A DNA stretch of 63,454 nt, filler included, from Cercozoa sp. M6MM (lineage: Eukaryota; Protista; Endomyxa: Ascetosporea): the NCBI GenBank assembly GCA_040357565.1. It is 7 parts of 7 records of this genome, joined end to end, with 100 filler letters (N's around TTAATTAATTAA, not from the genome) between each part and the next. Parts side by side here need not be neighbours in the genome. Positions count along the whole stretch, not along the records: positions 60,428 to 63,454 come from JBDODJ010001642.1; 6 more parts are not named here. The stretch is one strand, 5' to 3'. Under the pieces are notes generated by a model. The model worked only from the letters and a program-made list of their open reading frames with translations, did not search any database and was not told the DNA's origin. Of the stretch, positions 60,479 through 63,454 are shown in pieces; positions within the stretch are counted from its first letter, which is position 1; every line of letters begins with the position of its first letter. The position numbers were made by a program, and so were the translations under genes.

Positions 60479-63407
60479 ACACGTCGGTGCCAGAGGTGGC
60501 GAATCGTCCGATCGGCGATTTGGTTCGCGCACTCGACAGTGTCTGCGTAGTCTTGAGTTTACCCCTCCTTTACCCCCGAGTTTTACCCCCCCCCCCCTGC
60601 AGAAGGAAGACGAAAGTATGGTGGTAGCGGAAGCAGCGCGTCGCAGTTGTCGCGCGTTCCTGCGAGTGCTGCGACGCAAGCGCGGCAACAACGAAGCGCG
60701 TCTGCGTCGTCGCAAAGCGTATTTTGAGTTTTGCTTTGCTTTGCTTTGAGTTGATGAGTTGAGTTGAGTTGAGTTGCTTTGCTTTGAGTTGAGTTGAGTT
60801 GAGTTGAGTTGATTTGCTTTGAGTCGAGTTTAAGTTGAGTTGAGTTGAGTTGGGTTGTGCAGCGAAGAGACCAGGAGGCAGGTGATCGCGCCAATGTCGC
60901 CACTCAACGTAAGTGTAACTAGCATTCCAGTCAGTTGACTTGGACTCTGACTGACTGACCTGGACTGTCTGACTGACCTGTGTGCGTTGTTTCAGTCGAC
61001 ACCGTGGAAGCAAACCGTCGATTTTTCGAACTTTGCGCGCGACTGCGCTTTCGCTGACTCGAGCGACGTCGGTTTATTTTGCATGCATTCAGTTTTTTGT
61101 CCCTGCTGAAGCTTTTTTGTTGTTTAGATGCGAAAAATTATCGAAAAAGAGCGCGAACGCTTCGGCACAGTTTGTAACAGCTTCAGCTTTGACTTCCTTT
61201 TGTTGTTTTTGTTGTTGTTTTTTGTTTGGTTCGCTGATTGAATTTGTTGTTTTCCGAGTTCAGTTGTTGTATTTGTAAACACTTGCAGACAGCAGAGTCG
61301 AGTCGCGAACGGTGGAGACAGCGTCGCAGTTGGCGATTCTCGTGACGTTGTTCGAGGAGATCAAAGTCGTCGCTGTGGATTTTCGCTTTGGCGTATGCTT
61401 GCTTGAGTTGCTTTACTTTTAGTTGAGTTGCTTTGCTTTGAGTTAAGTTGAGTTGAATTGAGTTGGCTTGGATTGAGTTGAGTTGGATTGAGTTGAGTCT
61501 GGGTGTGAGAGCAGGAGGAAGAAGAGTCGCACGCGACGCTGGCAGAAACGCCGCTCGCGTCGCTGATGCGAAATGCGCCGCAGAGGCACGAAGTTTCGAA
61601 TGTTATTTTCGCCTTCTCGCATATGGTATTCGATTGATCCAGTCAGTTGATCCAGTCAGTTGATCCAGTCAGCTGATCCATCAGTGTTGTGATTTTTTCT
61701 GTAGGGAGCGACGCACGTGGTCACTGTGCGCACCGGCAGGATCAACGAACAGTTCTGGTCGGCGATGCAGCAGATATTTTCCACCGACGAGTTTTGCGTC
61801 GTCTGCGTTGCTTCGGTAACTTTGTCTCGTTTCATTTCTGCATTGTTAAGTCGTTTCTAATCGGTGGAACTTGTTCGATTCGCAGAAGCGAATGCGACAG
61901 TTGCTGTCGCTGATGGGAGTTACCGTGTCATGTGACATGGTAAAACTACTTCTAGTTAAACAACGAATCAGTGAAAGCTTTGAGATTGAGAGCTTTGAGA
62001 CTGAAAGCTATTTCACGAAAATAATCTCTTCAGCGCGATCCGGAGTTGGTGGCGCATTCGGTGAACTTTGCGAGCGACAGTGACGACATCACTGCCGTAC
62101 AATGCGTTTTTAGTTTGAGGAATTGAATTTTATTTTTCGAGAAACGCTGACTTCGATCAGTTGGCCGAGCCACTGCGCGGTTTGAGACGCCTGCAGTGCG
62201 CAGCAGCCACGATCCCGGCCGCTTGTTGCTTGGAGAACGCCGTGTCACATGTGTTAGCCTGCATGGAGGTACCTGGCCTACTAGTACCTCGAGGGGCTGC
62301 TACTTCAGTTGATACAAGTGTAAATTACCCAGATGCGAGGCATTGAGAGACAAGGCCGATCGATGCAGTGGCACATTCGACTGCTGCGAATGCAGGCGCA
62401 TCACTTTCGCAGGCGAGCCAAGTGGGCAGCACACGAGTGCGCCTCGCAGTTCAAACACCTGGAGGCGGTATTTCTAGCTTTGACTTAAGTGACTTGAGTT
62501 GAGTTGAGTCGAGTCGAGTTTCTTTGCTTTGAGTTGAGTAACAGTTGCTTTGAGTGCAGTGGAGTGAGTTCTTGCTTGACGTCGGAACATCTATCGCTCA
62601 GGAGACGAAAGCAAAAGCGAAAGCGAACGAAGCGAGTGAAACGAAATCGAGTGAAGCGAAGGAAGCGAGTGAAGCGAAATCGAGCGAAAGAGCGGCGAAA
62701 CGACGCCGAATCGACGGCGTGTTTAGCTTCCTCGCTGCCGAAAGCGATGAAAGCGAAAACGAAAGCAAAAGCGAAAGCAAAAGCAAAAGTGAAGGCGAAA
62801 GCGGAAGCAAAAGTCAAAGCGAAAGCGAAAGCGACGTCGCAGTTGGTCGAAATATAAAGTGTCGCGATCTGCGCACCGGTCTGAGCGTCGCCAGTCCGCA
62901 GGCTGTGGCGCGTTTCCTGCGCCTGGCACACGCATCGCACTGCATCACTCTGTACCTCTCAGCTTTAATCTTTGGTCCATGTGGACTGTCGCTTTGTCCA
63001 TTTGTATCGTTCCGCTGTACCCTTAAGGAAGCCAACTGACCTGGCGAAGCTAAGGACGGCACCGGCGTCGCTGCTGAAGCGACTGCTGCCGCGAATTCAA
63101 CATGACCACGTGCGCACCGTACTCGTCTTTTTGAGTGGGCAAATAGGGGGTGAATGGGGCAAATAGGGGGCTATAAATAGGTGATAGAGTGCACACTGGC
63201 CTACCGACGGCACGTGCGACTGTGTCAGCGCGGAGACGACATTGTTCGCAACAGTCGCCTGCTGCAAGAGACTGATCAGGATGGTGCTTGCCTCCCTTAC
63301 CTTCCTCCGCCCTGTTTACCCCTTCCCCAGCAAGGTACCGCGTGCATCCGCGGTTCCGACAGTGCACACGGACGGGTCGAATTATGTGCATTCGACCAGC
63401 ACTGCAG
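60479..63407 (+). CDS. Family A DNA polymerase (POLQ/POLN-like), internal fragment
   Basis: LENAVSHVLACME|MRGI, SVASPQAVARFL, HVRT..LAYRR, RVHPRFRQCTRTGRIMCIRPALQ (cf. RIH..F.Q..T.TGRLSS..PNLQ). Confidence 0.72.
60724..60852. repeat. (GAGTT)n/(GCTTT)n pentanucleotide tracts in polymerase introns; also ~61404-61498 and 62494-62540
   Basis: Direct reading. Confidence 0.9.
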
Positions 63408-63414
63408 TGTGCGT

Positions 63415-63454
<40 letters not shown>

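Noticed and set aside
61635-61685. 13-nt tandem repeat TGATCCAGTCAGT
   Set aside because: Ordinary intronic slippage minisatellite.

Overview
Gene-dense, intron-rich eukaryotic (protist-like) nuclear DNA. It is not one continuous locus: seven contigs are joined by artificial 100-nt spacers (N-run/TTAATTAATTAA/N-run), and every contig break falls in a microsatellite or G/C run. By manual splicing through short (mostly ~45-80 nt) GT-AG introns I read about 27 genes in the standard code: PIG-A, SIN1, an R-SNARE, an RFC small subunit, LYRM7/MZM1, ARP6, an FCP1-like phosphatase, PSTK, UBC2/RAD6, GET3, an MSP/VAP protein, eL43, MKT1, a BET-type bromodomain protein, eIF4G-like, TORTIFOLIA1-like, myotubularin-FYVE, a SOS1-type Na+/H+ antiporter, a TH1/PH-RGS protein, mS33, an AlkC-like glycosylase, GUF1, an acid ceramidase-like hydrolase, a family A DNA polymerase and several hypotheticals. 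CDS coordinates are gene spans including introns, and family calls come from remembered motifs, not database searches. The main unexplained signals are: (1) two unannotated, highly structured intergenic elements (~9221-9630 and ~15858-17223) that share a covarying 5' stem-loop motif and an identical 3' AACTAACTAG; (2) a bacterial-type AlkC gene whose upstream region is a patchwork of direct and inverted copies of its own exon 2/intron 2; (3) a 280-bp inverted-repeat element packed with TTCTAGAA (heat-shock-element-like) palindromes.
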